A DNA stretch of 27,548 nucleotides, from the NCBI GenBank assembly GCA_021786105.1, contig JAJYNW010000019.1, forward strand, positions 1-27,548, in the 5' to 3' direction. Positions 1 through 9,372 of this stretch are shown piece after piece. Made by a program: the position numbers and the translations under genes. Each line of letters opens with the position of its first letter. The stretch's first letter is position 1. Source of the DNA: a bacterium (GTDB taxonomy: Bacteria > Patescibacteriota > Microgenomatia > Daviesbacterales > UBA10151). The notes under the pieces are model-generated. The model was not told the DNA's origin. It saw only the letters and a program-made list of their open reading frames with translations, and ran no database searches.

Positions 1-857
1 GGATTACCGGAGGCAAATATATTGGCAATATCATTTTTTTGGTAATCCACAAAATACCAAACCGGATATAAATTAAGCGGCCACGACCACCAGGGAGAAG
101 AGTAGGCGTGAGTAGCTTTAAGATTAGTGTGGTACCACCACATTTGTTGTTGGAGTTGAGTAAACTGATCGAAACTATGGCCTAACAAAAAGAAGGGCAA
201 GTAGCAAATTAAATAGACAATCGGAGGAATAATCAGATACAGCAAAATTTGACGGTACTGATAATTTTTGATCAGCAGGGGTATAAAAATCAGGTAGGAA
301 TAAACTGCAGCCCATTTGCTGGATAGAGCTAATCCCAAAAGGATTGCCGAGAGGAAGTATTTCCGATCCAGCAAAATAAGCAATGCCGCCAGGGAAAACG
401 TAACATAGTAAATGTCATTCATACCAGTGCGGGATTGGACAAAATTCAGCCCATCCAGAGAAAAAACAAATGCGGCTATTAATGATGCTGTTTGATTGTT
501 AAGTAGTTTAAGACCGAGTAAATACACTAAATAGACGGATAGGATTCCCAATAACGCTCCTGGTAATCGATATGCCCAAGCATCTTCGGTTCGAAATATA
601 GCCATAGATATAGCCATAATTTCTTTTGCCAATGGTGGGTGAGTCCATTCGTAAGCCACCCCCGGCGGCGGGGTATTCCACCATTCCCATGCTTCTTTGT
701 GACCGGCTAAAAATTCTTTGGCAGTAAAAGCGTGATAAACTTCATCAAAAACATACTTGTTAGGATAGTCTAATCTGTATAGCCTTAGAAAGGCTGTAAA
801 TAATAAAATCCCAATCAGGATATGTTTTGAATTAAGCTTTTTTAAGAGCAATATCAT
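1..857 (-). CDS. Dolichyl-phosphate-mannose--protein mannosyltransferase-like glycosyltransferase (GT39/PMT, GT-C); 3' end runs off the window
   Basis: Missing from the ORF track because it is truncated. Translation by hand from ATG at 857: MILLLKKLNSKHILIGILLFTAFLRLYRLDYPNKYVFDEVYHAFTAKEF...YEWTHPPLAKEIMA. It has the PMT hallmarks FDE and HPPL, and the frame at the left edge matches (…IFASGNP). Confidence 0.85.
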   Translation of the reverse strand, partial: MILLLKKLNSKHILIGILLFTAFLRLYRLDYPNKYVFDEVYHAFTAKEFLAGHKEAWEWWNTPPPGVAYEWTHPPLAKEIMAISMAIFRTEDAWAYRLPGALLGILSVYLVYLLGLKLLNNQTASLIAAFVFSLDGLNFVQSRTGMNDIYYVTFSLAALLILLDRKYFLSAILLGLALSSKWAAVYSYLIFIPLLIKNYQYRQILLYLIIPPIVYLICYLPFFLLGHSFDQFTQLQQQMWWYHTNLKATHAYSSPWWSWPLNLYPVWYFVDYQKNDIANIFASGN

Positions 858-2055
858 ATTTGATGAGAATAACACTAATTAAAATAAAAATGGCGGTAGA
901 AATCAATGATAAGTTTTTACCATTAGTGTCCAAAAAACTATAGAGGAAAGGGTTATAAAGTACTTTTGGGAGTTTGAGAAAAATCTCATTGTAGTAAACA
1001 TACACGTAATACAAATCAAGGAAATGTAATAAGCTTAATGCTCCGGTGAGTGTCAATAGTAACCTGGAACGAAAAGTGACGGTTGATAAAATGAGGAATA
1101 TAAGGGCAGGATAAAGGTATCTCTCGTGTGCGCGGGTTGGCAGAAAGAAGAACCCCATGGCAGCAAGAGCCCCTAAGGTATAAATAGATAATTTATTTCT
1201 GAAGTAAAAGTATACTATTGTAACCCAGTAGCTTAAAAATAAGATGTATCCCAAATTTTGGTAAGATATCCCTTGCCAAAGTTTGTTATCAGGCAGCCAG
1301 AACCCCACTGCTCCCCACAAGTTATAAGCAAATAGGGAAGTATAAGGATACTCTCCGGCGGTATTGGTAATATGATGGGCGAGATTTACTAATGTTTGAT
1401 TGGGGAAAAAGGGCAGTGCTAAAATAAAAATTATCAGTAAACCCGGGACGAGCAACTTAAATAAGTTGAGTAATTTGAACTGGTTGATTAGAAAAATAGC
1501 CAAAACAGGTATTAAGGCTAATGCTTGAGGTTTGATTAGTAAAGATAGTCCATAAAAAATTGAGCCAAAGATTAAATTATTTTTTTTCAAACTAATTACC
1601 GTTATCAGTAAAAATAAAGTTAGAATGCTATCAACTTGTCCCCAGACAGCGCTGTTAAAAATGATTGCCGGGTTAAATAGGATAAAAAGAAACGCCAAAA
1701 AAGCCAGTTTCTCTGGAACAACTTTTTTAATTTGATAGAATGCCAAAAGAGCAATTACCAGATCAGAAATAATTGCCGGTATTTTGAGCAAAAGATAAAA
1801 ATTCCTATCAGGCATTTGCAGGAAATTTTTTAAAAAACCTAATACACTTAGAATATATAAATAACCCGGTGTGTAATCTGTAAAGAAATCCTTGCTGTAA
1901 AAAGTGACAAAATTAAAATGACTAAGTCGAATAGCCCAGGCAAACCAGTCGTTAACGTCGATCTGGAATCCAGGCAGCATCGAGAGGCAGAGTCTCAGTG
2001 CTAGTCCTAATAATAATGAAGCGACTAGTGCTTTGTCCTGAAAGAAATACTTCAC
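832..2055 (-). CDS. Polytopic membrane glycosyltransferase (GT-C; GT87/PIG-M/Gpi18-like mannosyltransferase)
   Basis: DYTPGYLY, KIPAIISD, FNPAIIFNSAVWGQVDS, KPQ and HERYLYP motifs with many TM helices. Start moved from 2163 to GTG 2055, which removes the overlap with the divergent gene and has TACAAT 7 nt upstream. Confidence 0.75.
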   Translation of the reverse strand: MKYFFQDKALVASLLLGLALRLCLSMLPGFQIDVNDWFAWAIRLSHFNFVTFYSKDFFTDYTPGYLYILSVLGFLKNFLQMPDRNFYLLLKIPAIISDLVIALLAFYQIKKVVPEKLAFLAFLFILFNPAIIFNSAVWGQVDSILTLFLLITVISLKKNNLIFGSIFYGLSLLIKPQALALIPVLAIFLINQFKLLNLFKLLVPGLLIIFILALPFFPNQTLVNLAHHITNTAGEYPYTSLFAYNLWGAVGFWLPDNKLWQGISYQNLGYILFLSYWVTIVYFYFRNKLSIYTLGALAAMGFFFLPTRAHERYLYPALIFLILSTVTFRSRLLLTLTGALSLLHFLDLYYVYVYYNEIFLKLPKVLYNPFLYSFLDTNGKNLSLISTAIFILISVILIKYDIALKKA

Positions 2056-2092
2056 TATTAATATTGTAAGCTTTTTAATAGAATTAGGGGAT

Positions 2093-4039
2093 ATGGGAGT
2101 TAATTTACTACTTTTAATTTTAGGTTTTATTTTTACATTCTTTATCCCGGGTTTTCTAATCATAGAAACTTTCTTTTCAGAGATGCCAATTATACAAAAA
2201 TTACCACTACAATTACTTACCAGTGTAATGGTTTCTACCTATGCGGTTTATGTTGTCAGCTTGGGGTTGGGCTTTTCCCGAATTTCTATATTACTGACCA
2301 TCTTAATATTTTTAGTCTGGTTAGTTATCTTTTTATCCGGCAAAAAATTTAAATTTAACCGAAACTTTTTACGGGAGCATTCAACTGCTTTATTTATATC
2401 TCTACTAATTTTTTTCTTATTTTTAGCTGCTCTTTACCCGGCTATTTTCTCTCGTTATCAGAACTATTTTGTAATGTCAGCTGTGAATTGGCAGGATACG
2501 GCGATGCATCAGTCAATTATTCAAACCATTTCTCAGGGAAACTTTCCGCCCCAAGCTCCTTATTTTAGCGGGCAGCCGCTTAATTATTATTACTTTATTG
2601 ATTTTCATTCAGCTATTTTGCAGACTCTTTATTCAGACTTCTTTCCTAGGATTTTAGTTTATGATAATCCGTTTTTTGTCCTAATTTTTTTTCTGTCAAT
2701 ATATGCTTTAAGTTTAACTTTCTTTAGGAATAAAATTGCGGGAATTATATCGGGGCTATTAACTGTTTTTTGCGGTAACTTGTTATATGTTAGATTTTTT
2801 CAGGATATTAGTAAGAGTTTAGACGGGTCAAGCAATATTTTGTTAACCATCAGGAGTATAGTTGCCAGCCATAGCTACACTTTGGATTATGGCAAGCTTA
2901 TTCAGATGGTGCCAATGGCTGATTATTTTTTACAAAATCGGCCGATGATGCTCGGGCTTCCGGCTGTCGGATCGGTAATTTTTGTGTTGGTAAATGGCTT
3001 TGAAAAAAATAGTAAAAAATATTTTATACTGGCTGGGTTATTGACCGGGATGCTGGTTAAGTTCCAGTTGTTTGCTTTTGGGGTGAGTATTTTAATTTTT
3101 GTTTTAAGCTGGATGGTTTTTGCCGGTAAAAATTTTAGCAAGAAATTATACCAATTAGCCTATTTTTTGGGGCCGCTAATTATTTTTGTGATGTTTACAT
3201 CACTACTTTCCGGTAGTAATAATTACGTAATTTCTACTCTTCTTACTAACTTTCGTTTTGGCCCTTGGGATGAGACTCAAAACCTTTCTTGGTATTTATT
3301 TTTCCCTTTTGCCAATTTTGGAATATTGTTTTCATTGTTTTTGATATTTATTGTTTTGGTAATCCTTAAAAAGATTAATCTGATAAAAAAGGTTACCCTT
3401 TTATTAATTATAGGAATTACTCTTTATATTATCCCTCATGTAGTTTTTTTTACCATTTATGATGGCGATATGCTGAAATTTTTCTATTTTGCCTTACTGC
3501 CTTTTTCGTTAATTTCTGGTTTATTTTTACAAAGGATCCGGCAGAGTTTCCGTTTTGGGTTGATTATAGTTATTTTGCTGATAGCAGCTTCTTCGTTTAA
3601 TAGTTTTTTGACTTTGGGCGGAAGTTTCTTTAATAAAAATGAAGGATATTCCTTAGCAGATAACCAGGCTGGGATGTGGATTAGAAGCAATACTGTGCCA
3701 AACTCAGTCTTTATGACTATGCCGACAGTCCATTCGGCAGTTTCAGATATTGGCGGAAGATTAAGAGTGCTATCTTATACTGTCTGGCCTTATTCGCATG
3801 GTTTTAACAGGGGGGAGGATAATGTGTTTATCCGTCAAGCTAATATTGAAAGCATTTATCAAGACCCCGGAAATACAACTAATGCCAGGAAAGTATTTAG
3901 TCTGTATCGTATTAATTATCTCTATTATGGCAGCGAAGAACGGAGGAGGTATCCTTCTGCGAGGGCGGTTTTGAGTCAACAAACTTACCTTCAACTAGTC
4001 TATAATTTTTCCGGAATACAAATTTACAAAGTATTATGA
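2093..4039 (+). CDS. Large polytopic membrane protein, probable GT-C glycosyltransferase (DUF2298/YYY-like)
   Basis: 648 aa with many TM segments, N-terminal loop WQDTAMH...FPPQAPYFSGQPLNYYY, and soluble C-terminal domain WIRSNT...YLYYGSEER typical of GT-C enzymes. Confidence 0.65.
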   Translation: MGVNLLLLILGFIFTFFIPGFLIIETFFSEMPIIQKLPLQLLTSVMVSTYAVYVVSLGLGFSRISILLTILIFLVWLVIFLSGKKFKFNRNFLREHSTALFISLLIFFLFLAALYPAIFSRYQNYFVMSAVNWQDTAMHQSIIQTISQGNFPPQAPYFSGQPLNYYYFIDFHSAILQTLYSDFFPRILVYDNPFFVLIFFLSIYALSLTFFRNKIAGIISGLLTVFCGNLLYVRFFQDISKSLDGSSNILLTIRSIVASHSYTLDYGKLIQMVPMADYFLQNRPMMLGLPAVGSVIFVLVNGFEKNSKKYFILAGLLTGMLVKFQLFAFGVSILIFVLSWMVFAGKNFSKKLYQLAYFLGPLIIFVMFTSLLSGSNNYVISTLLTNFRFGPWDETQNLSWYLFFPFANFGILFSLFLIFIVLVILKKINLIKKVTLLLIIGITLYIIPHVVFFTIYDGDMLKFFYFALLPFSLISGLFLQRIRQSFRFGLIIVILLIAASSFNSFLTLGGSFFNKNEGYSLADNQAGMWIRSNTVPNSVFMTMPTVHSAVSDIGGRLRVLSYTVWPYSHGFNRGEDNVFIRQANIESIYQDPGNTTNARKVFSLYRINYLYYGSEERRRYPSARAVLSQQTYLQLVYNFSGIQIYKVL

Positions 4040-5202
4040 TTGCTCTTTTGTTATTTGCTGTTACATTTATTATCTACTCAGTTTCAAATTTTGGTCGTGA
4101 TACGCCCTACAATTATTTTATGCTTTTAGCAGATGCTTTTTTGCATGGGAGATTAAATATTTTACAAAACCTGCCCTGGCTAAATGAATTAGTAAACTGG
4201 CAAGGAAGATATTATGTAGTTTTTCCTCCAATGCCAGCCATCCTTTTAATACCGTTTGTTTATGTGTTTGGAGTTTCTTTTCCTCAGCCATTAGCCTCTG
4301 TGTTATTTGGTAGCCTTAGTGTAGCCGTATCTTATTTTGTTTTTCTCAATTTCTTTAGAAACAAAGAAATAGCTATTTGGTCAAGTATCCTTTTTGCATT
4401 TGGGACTATTTACTGGTTTCATACAGAAGTCGGATCGGCTTGGTATTTTGCCCAAATTCTGTCTAACTTATTTTTATGGATAATGTTATATGAGGTATCT
4501 ACAAGAAAAAGGCTATTTCTAATAGGCCTTTTTATCGGAGCAGCCTATTTGTCTCGATTGCCAACGATTTTTGCAGCGATTTTTCCTTTGTTGTATCTTC
4601 ACGAAAAATTTTTTAATTTTCATAATAACAAATTAACAGGTTTTAATTGGAAAAATATTTGTTTATATGTACTTGGGATAATACTAGCATTACTGTTAGA
4701 TTTTTCATACAACTACTTTAGATTTGGAGTTATCTATGACATTGCTTATCAATTACTGCCCGTATTTAATGAGCCCTGGTATAGGTACGGTTTGGTTAAT
4801 TGGCGCTATATTCCAGTTCATCTGAACGAGATGCTTACGGCAATGCCCAAATTTATTAATTATCCTCCTTTTGTTATTCCTTCAATGTTTGCAATGGCTG
4901 TTTGGTTTACTACCCCTGCCTTTGTTTTAGCTATCTTTGCCAAGTTTAGAACTAAAATTGCCTATGTTTCAGCGATTTCTGCGATTTTTATAGCATTACC
5001 CAGCTTAATGCATGGCGGAAACGGCTTTACCCAATTTGGTTATAGACACACCTTGGACTATTTGCCTTTTTTGTTGTTGTTAACAGCCAGCGGAATGGGA
5101 GATAGGGTGAGGTGGTGGATGAAAGCTTTAATCGTGCTGAGTGTATTAGTTAACCTTTGGGGTGTAATTATGATTAGTTTTTTTAATATTTGGACAATGT
5201 AG
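4036..5202 (+). CDS. Polytopic membrane protein, probable GT-C glycosyltransferase
   Basis: 388 aa; LADAFLHGRL...YYVVFPPMPA, YNYFRFG and QFGYRHTLD motifs; ATGA overlap with the upstream gene. Confidence 0.6.
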   Translation: MIALLLFAVTFIIYSVSNFGRDTPYNYFMLLADAFLHGRLNILQNLPWLNELVNWQGRYYVVFPPMPAILLIPFVYVFGVSFPQPLASVLFGSLSVAVSYFVFLNFFRNKEIAIWSSILFAFGTIYWFHTEVGSAWYFAQILSNLFLWIMLYEVSTRKRLFLIGLFIGAAYLSRLPTIFAAIFPLLYLHEKFFNFHNNKLTGFNWKNICLYVLGIILALLLDFSYNYFRFGVIYDIAYQLLPVFNEPWYRYGLVNWRYIPVHLNEMLTAMPKFINYPPFVIPSMFAMAVWFTTPAFVLAIFAKFRTKIAYVSAISAIFIALPSLMHGGNGFTQFGYRHTLDYLPFLLLLTASGMGDRVRWWMKALIVLSVLVNLWGVIMISFFNIWTM

Positions 5203-5217
5203 AGTCTCTCTTCTTCT

Positions 5218-6267
5218 ATGAAAAAATTATTAGTAATTCTAGGTCCGACGTCCACAGGTAAGACTGATTTAGGACTTAACTGCGCAAAGAAATTTAATGG
5301 AGAGCTGATAGCTTGTGATTCAAGGCAGGTTTATAAGAAGTTAGATATAGGTACTGGAAAGCTTCCCTCTAACTTCTTGCCTTTTGCTGGCGCGAAACTT
5401 AAAGGATTAGATATTGGAATAGGAAAACTGCCTGGTCATAAGGTGAGGGTGGAGAAAGGTAAGGGATTTTGGGAAATGGATGGAGTAAAAATTTGGATGT
5501 ATGACGTGGCGGATACTAAAAACCAGTATACAGTTTTTGATTATGTTAGAGATGCCAATCGGGCAATAGATGAAATTCTAAAAAAGGGGAAGCTGCCTAT
5601 TATAGTAGGAGGGACTGGTTTATATCTTAAGGCCTTACTTGAGGGGTTGCCTAATCTGGATATTCCGATAAATCGGAGTTTAAGAAGAAGATTAGAAAAG
5701 CTTTCTAAAGAGGAGTTGCAAAAAGAGTTGCAACAGATTTCATCTGATAAATGGGAGAGCCTAAATGGATCCGACAGGCAAAATCCAAGACGGCTAATAA
5801 GGGCAATAGAGCTTGTTAGTATAAATGACATTAATACTACGGCTGTAGGTTTAATGTCAACAGTAGGCGGGAAAAAGCTTCAGACAGACATGTTAAAAAT
5901 TGGATTAACTGCTCCACGTAAGGTTTTGTACCAAAGAATAGATAAGCGGGTGATTAGTAGAATAGATCAAGGGATGATCGATGAGGCTAAAAGACTTCAT
6001 AAAGAAGGGTTGAGTTTTGAAAGGATGAGACAGTTGGGGTTGGAATATGGAGTTTTAGCAGATTATTTGGAAGGTAAGATTACCAGTATTGAGGAGTTAA
6101 TTAAGATTATGCAGGGTAAGATTCACGGGTATGCCAGACGTCAGTTAACATGGTTTAAAAAGGAAGAAAAAGTTTTCTGGTTTGATATAACTGAGGATGG
6201 TTGGCAGGGTCGAGTGGAAAGCAGGGTCCGTTCATGGTACTATTCTACTCATGACAAGAAGAATTGA
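5218..6267 (+). CDS. miaA: tRNA dimethylallyltransferase
   Basis: GPTSTGKT P-loop, DSRQVY, LDIGTGK, VGGTGLY, NPRRLIRAIE and YARRQLTWF motifs. Confidence 0.96.
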   Translation: MKKLLVILGPTSTGKTDLGLNCAKKFNGELIACDSRQVYKKLDIGTGKLPSNFLPFAGAKLKGLDIGIGKLPGHKVRVEKGKGFWEMDGVKIWMYDVADTKNQYTVFDYVRDANRAIDEILKKGKLPIIVGGTGLYLKALLEGLPNLDIPINRSLRRRLEKLSKEELQKELQQISSDKWESLNGSDRQNPRRLIRAIELVSINDINTTAVGLMSTVGGKKLQTDMLKIGLTAPRKVLYQRIDKRVISRIDQGMIDEAKRLHKEGLSFERMRQLGLEYGVLADYLEGKITSIEELIKIMQGKIHGYARRQLTWFKKEEKVFWFDITEDGWQGRVESRVRSWYYSTHDKKN

Positions 6268-7228
6268 TATTTCGTCTAAAACAGTTATTTTTATTGCTGT
6301 TTTTGTCCTATTGCTTTGGGTGCTTTTCCAAATCATAGATATTATTTTACTTTTTTTTGTAGCTTTTATTTTGATGTCAGCCCTGGCCCCGCTGGTGCAA
6401 CGGCTGAGGAAATTGGGAGTGCCAAAAATCCTGGCAGTACTTTTGGTTTTTTTCTTAATGTTAGGGGCAATTGTGGGTTTGATTACTGCTGGCCTAACCC
6501 CTCTTCTCAGTCAAACAAGCAATTTAGTGCAGAGATTAGGTGATACCTTAAGCTCGCTTTTGCAGATTAACATAATTGATCATACTGTTATTCAGCAGGA
6601 AATGTCCCGGTGGTCTACTCAGTTGGTGACTGTTTCAGTAGACATATTTAAGAACCTAATTAGTTGGGTGAGCGTGTTGGTGGTGACTGTTTATATGTTG
6701 CTTGATAAGGAAAAGCTGGAAGAGTATGCCACCTCTTTTTTTGGCGAGAAACAGGAGCATATTAAGAGATTACTTGAAAAGATTGAAGATAAATTAGGGG
6801 CTTGGTTAAGAGGTCAGGCAGTTCTTTCGGCAACGGTGGGATTTTTGGTTTATGTAGGTTTGGTGGTTTTAGGGGTTGAATTTGCCCTGCCCTTGGCAAT
6901 TATTGCCGGGTTGTTGGAGGTGGTGCCGGTAATCGGGCCAATTATTTCCGCAATCCCGGCTATTTTAATTGGTTTGACTGTTTCGCCTTTGTTTGCAGCT
7001 TTGGTAGGTGGACTTTATCTGGCAATACAGCAGTTGGAAAGCCATTTAATTGTGCCGCAGCTGATGAGGCGGGCGGTAGGTTTAAACCCTTTGCTTGTGA
7101 TTTTAGCTGTGTCGGTGGGAGGTAGGTTATTGGGGTTTGCCGGAGCGCTTTTGGCCGTGCCGATCACAGTAGTAATTCTGCTTGTTGTAGAAGAGTGGCT
7201 TAATATCCGCACCCCTGTTGAAATTTGA
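6251..7228 (+). CDS. AI-2E (PerM/TqsA) family transporter
   Basis: WLRGQ, LEVVPVIGPII, QQLESHLIVPQLM and GLNPL motifs. Start ATG 6251 is preferred to 6197 because TGGTACTAT lies 7 nt upstream. Confidence 0.9.
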   Translation: MTRRIDISSKTVIFIAVFVLLLWVLFQIIDIILLFFVAFILMSALAPLVQRLRKLGVPKILAVLLVFFLMLGAIVGLITAGLTPLLSQTSNLVQRLGDTLSSLLQINIIDHTVIQQEMSRWSTQLVTVSVDIFKNLISWVSVLVVTVYMLLDKEKLEEYATSFFGEKQEHIKRLLEKIEDKLGAWLRGQAVLSATVGFLVYVGLVVLGVEFALPLAIIAGLLEVVPVIGPIISAIPAILIGLTVSPLFAALVGGLYLAIQQLESHLIVPQLMRRAVGLNPLLVILAVSVGGRLLGFAGALLAVPITVVILLVVEEWLNIRTPVEI

Positions 7229-7247
7229 TCTCCTTACCCAAGTTTAG

Positions 7248-7253
7248 TATAAT
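7248..7253 (+). promoter_or_regulatory. -10 box (TATAAT) of the rnpB promoter
   Basis: Consensus TATAAT 6 nt before the P1 helix start. Confidence 0.6.
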
Positions 7254-7259
7254 AAGCAG

Positions 7260-7545
7260 GCCTAGGAAGAAGGATAATCGGGTCGAATTTCGATCAGGAA
7301 AGTCCAGACAGCATAAAGCAGGGTGGGGTCGAGTAATCGATCCACGGGTAACCGCTAGTTAGAGCAACAGTGACGAACCGAGGTAAGGCTCGGGTGAAAC
7401 GAGGCAATCCTCCCCGCTGCAATCCTAGAACCAACAGAGCTGCTTGCTCGTTTGTTGAAATAAGGAGCATCAGATAAATGATTATCAAGTGGATAGATTC
7501 AGATAAAATCCACTGAACAGAATCTGGCTTATTCTTTTCCTAGGC
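7260..7545 (+). ncRNA. rnpB: RNase P RNA, compact form
   Basis: P1 GCCTAGGAAGAA/TTCTTTTCCTAGGC, P2 GATAATC/GATTATC, AGGAAAGTCC, GCAACAG, GGGTGAAACG and AACAGAATCTGGCTTA conserved regions; P4 is co-varied (CCAGA/TCTGG). Confidence 0.95.
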
Positions 7546-7546
7546 A

Positions 7547-7600
7547 AATCTGGCTTTAGAGCGATTAGCTCGCAAGCTTCGCTTACTAGCTTCCTAGGCA
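7547..7600 (+). repeat. Interrupted direct duplication of the rnpB 3' end with a hairpin in the middle
   Basis: AATCTGGCTT at 7521-7530 and 7547-7556; TTCCTAGGCA at 7537-7546 and 7591-7600; 34 nt containing AGCGA...TCGCT between the second pair. Confidence 0.75.
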
Positions 7601-7654
7601 CAAAAATTCTCATTAGCGTTTTATCTTTACGTTTCCCATAGTATACTATTTCTA

Positions 7655-9187
7655 ATGCTCGCAAAAATACTCTCGGCTGCCAATATTGGGCTTGATGCCA
7701 ATTTAGTTACTTGCGAGGTGGATATTTCTCAGCAAGGTTTGCCTTCTTTTACTATTGTAGGGTTAGGCGACAGGGCGGTGGAGGAAAGTAAAGAGCGGGT
7801 GCGGGCTGCCTTTAGGAATTCCGGTGCCGATTTTCCCTTACACCGAATTACTGTAAATTTGGCACCGGCTGATATGCCCAAGGAGGGACCGGCTTATGAT
7901 TTACCGATCGCTTTAGGTTTGCTTTTGGCATCGGGTCAAATAAATTCCAATCCGGAGAAATTAGATTTTTCCAGTACTTTAATAGTTGGAGAGTTATCTT
8001 TGGATGGAGCTTTAAGGAAAATAAATGGAGTTTTGCCCTTGGCGATTTTGGCCAAAAACAGCGGGATTAAAAGAATGGTGGTGCCAAAAGAAAACGGGGA
8101 CGAGGCGGCGATTATTGATGGTTTAGAAGTTTTGGCTCCTGAATTTTTGCAACAGCTGGTCAGGATTTTGCTGGGACAAGAGAATTTAGAATTTGTTTCC
8201 AAACCCGTTCTAAATTTAGAAGATAATTTAAATTATGAATATGACTTTTCGCAAATTAAGGGGCAGGAACAGGCTAAAAGAGCTTTAGAAATTTCAGCGG
8301 CAGGCGGACACAATATTTTACTGAAAGGCCCGCCAGGTGCCGGTAAAACTATGCTGGCCAGAAGTTTTCCCTCGATCTTGCCGCCGCTAACTTTTAATGA
8401 GGCAATTGAGGTGACAAAAATTTATTCTATTGCCGGCTTGCTGGAAAGTAATAGGTCTTTAATTACAACCCGCCCATTCCGTTCGCCACACCATAGTGCG
8501 TCATATGTGGGTCTTTTAGGAGGAGGGAACAGTATCAGGCCGGGTGAAATCTCACTGGCGCATCGGGGAGTGTTGTTTTTGGATGAGGTGGCAGAATTTC
8601 CCCGCCAAAGTTTGGAAAGTCTCAGGCAGCCACTGGAAGACCGTCATATTACTATTTCCCGGGCATCTGGTTCAGTGTATTTGCCTGCCCAATTTATTTT
8701 AGTTGCTGCACAAAATCCCTGCCCATGCGGATTTTTAGGAGATATCAAAAGAAATTGTTCTTGTATGCCGGGAGCTATTGCTAAATATAAACGCAAAATC
8801 TCCGGCCCTTTTTTGGACCGGGTTGATATATATTTGGAAGTGCCGCCGGTGGAGGTAGAGAAATTATCTGTTGATTTAAAAGTGGAAAGCTCAGCAGAAA
8901 TTAGGAAAAGAATTGTGGCAGCCAGGAAATTGCAAGAAAAAAGATTTAAAGGAAAAATTATTACCAATTCAGAGATGGGAAATAAAGAGATTAAAGAATG
9001 CTGTACTTTAACTCAGGAAAGCTTAGATCTTTTAAAGATGGCAATTTCTTCGCTAAATTTATCTGCCCGGGGTTATCACCGGGTGTTAAAACTTTCCCGG
9101 ACTATTGCCGATCTGGCCGGGATGGAAAGTATCCAAGCAGAACACATTGCTGAGGCTTTGCAATACCGGGCAAGGGAGGAGAGTTGA
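7655..9187 (+). CDS. comM: YifB family Mg-chelatase-like AAA ATPase (ComM)
   Basis: VNLAPADMPKEGPAYDLPIA, GPPGAGKT, PFRSPHH, SLAHRGVLFLDE, NPCPCG and LSARGYHR motifs. Confidence 0.93.
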   Translation: MLAKILSAANIGLDANLVTCEVDISQQGLPSFTIVGLGDRAVEESKERVRAAFRNSGADFPLHRITVNLAPADMPKEGPAYDLPIALGLLLASGQINSNPEKLDFSSTLIVGELSLDGALRKINGVLPLAILAKNSGIKRMVVPKENGDEAAIIDGLEVLAPEFLQQLVRILLGQENLEFVSKPVLNLEDNLNYEYDFSQIKGQEQAKRALEISAAGGHNILLKGPPGAGKTMLARSFPSILPPLTFNEAIEVTKIYSIAGLLESNRSLITTRPFRSPHHSASYVGLLGGGNSIRPGEISLAHRGVLFLDEVAEFPRQSLESLRQPLEDRHITISRASGSVYLPAQFILVAAQNPCPCGFLGDIKRNCSCMPGAIAKYKRKISGPFLDRVDIYLEVPPVEVEKLSVDLKVESSAEIRKRIVAARKLQEKRFKGKIITNSEMGNKEIKECCTLTQESLDLLKMAISSLNLSARGYHRVLKLSRTIADLAGMESIQAEHIAEALQYRAREES

Positions 9188-9372
9188 TTGAGTTGAATAA
9201 GTTTTCTGGTAAACTTATATTATTATATTTTGACTCCGTCGACTAAATGTTGTTTTCTCGTTGAATTGTCGTTTAGATAATTCAACCCATGAAAAATCCC
9301 ACTCCATCCAATTAGGATTTTGTGGGATCTTTCAAAATGGTGAACCCATTAAATAATGGGATACCAAATTTT

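Noticed and set aside
508-690. 60-aa minus-strand ORF
   Set aside because: Out-of-frame shadow inside the PMT-like gene at 1-857.
2056-2163. N-terminal extension of the 443-aa ORF
   Set aside because: Overlaps the divergent gene; GTG 2055 has a well-placed -10.
7294-7488. 64-aa minus-strand ORF
   Set aside because: Antisense to the RNase P RNA.
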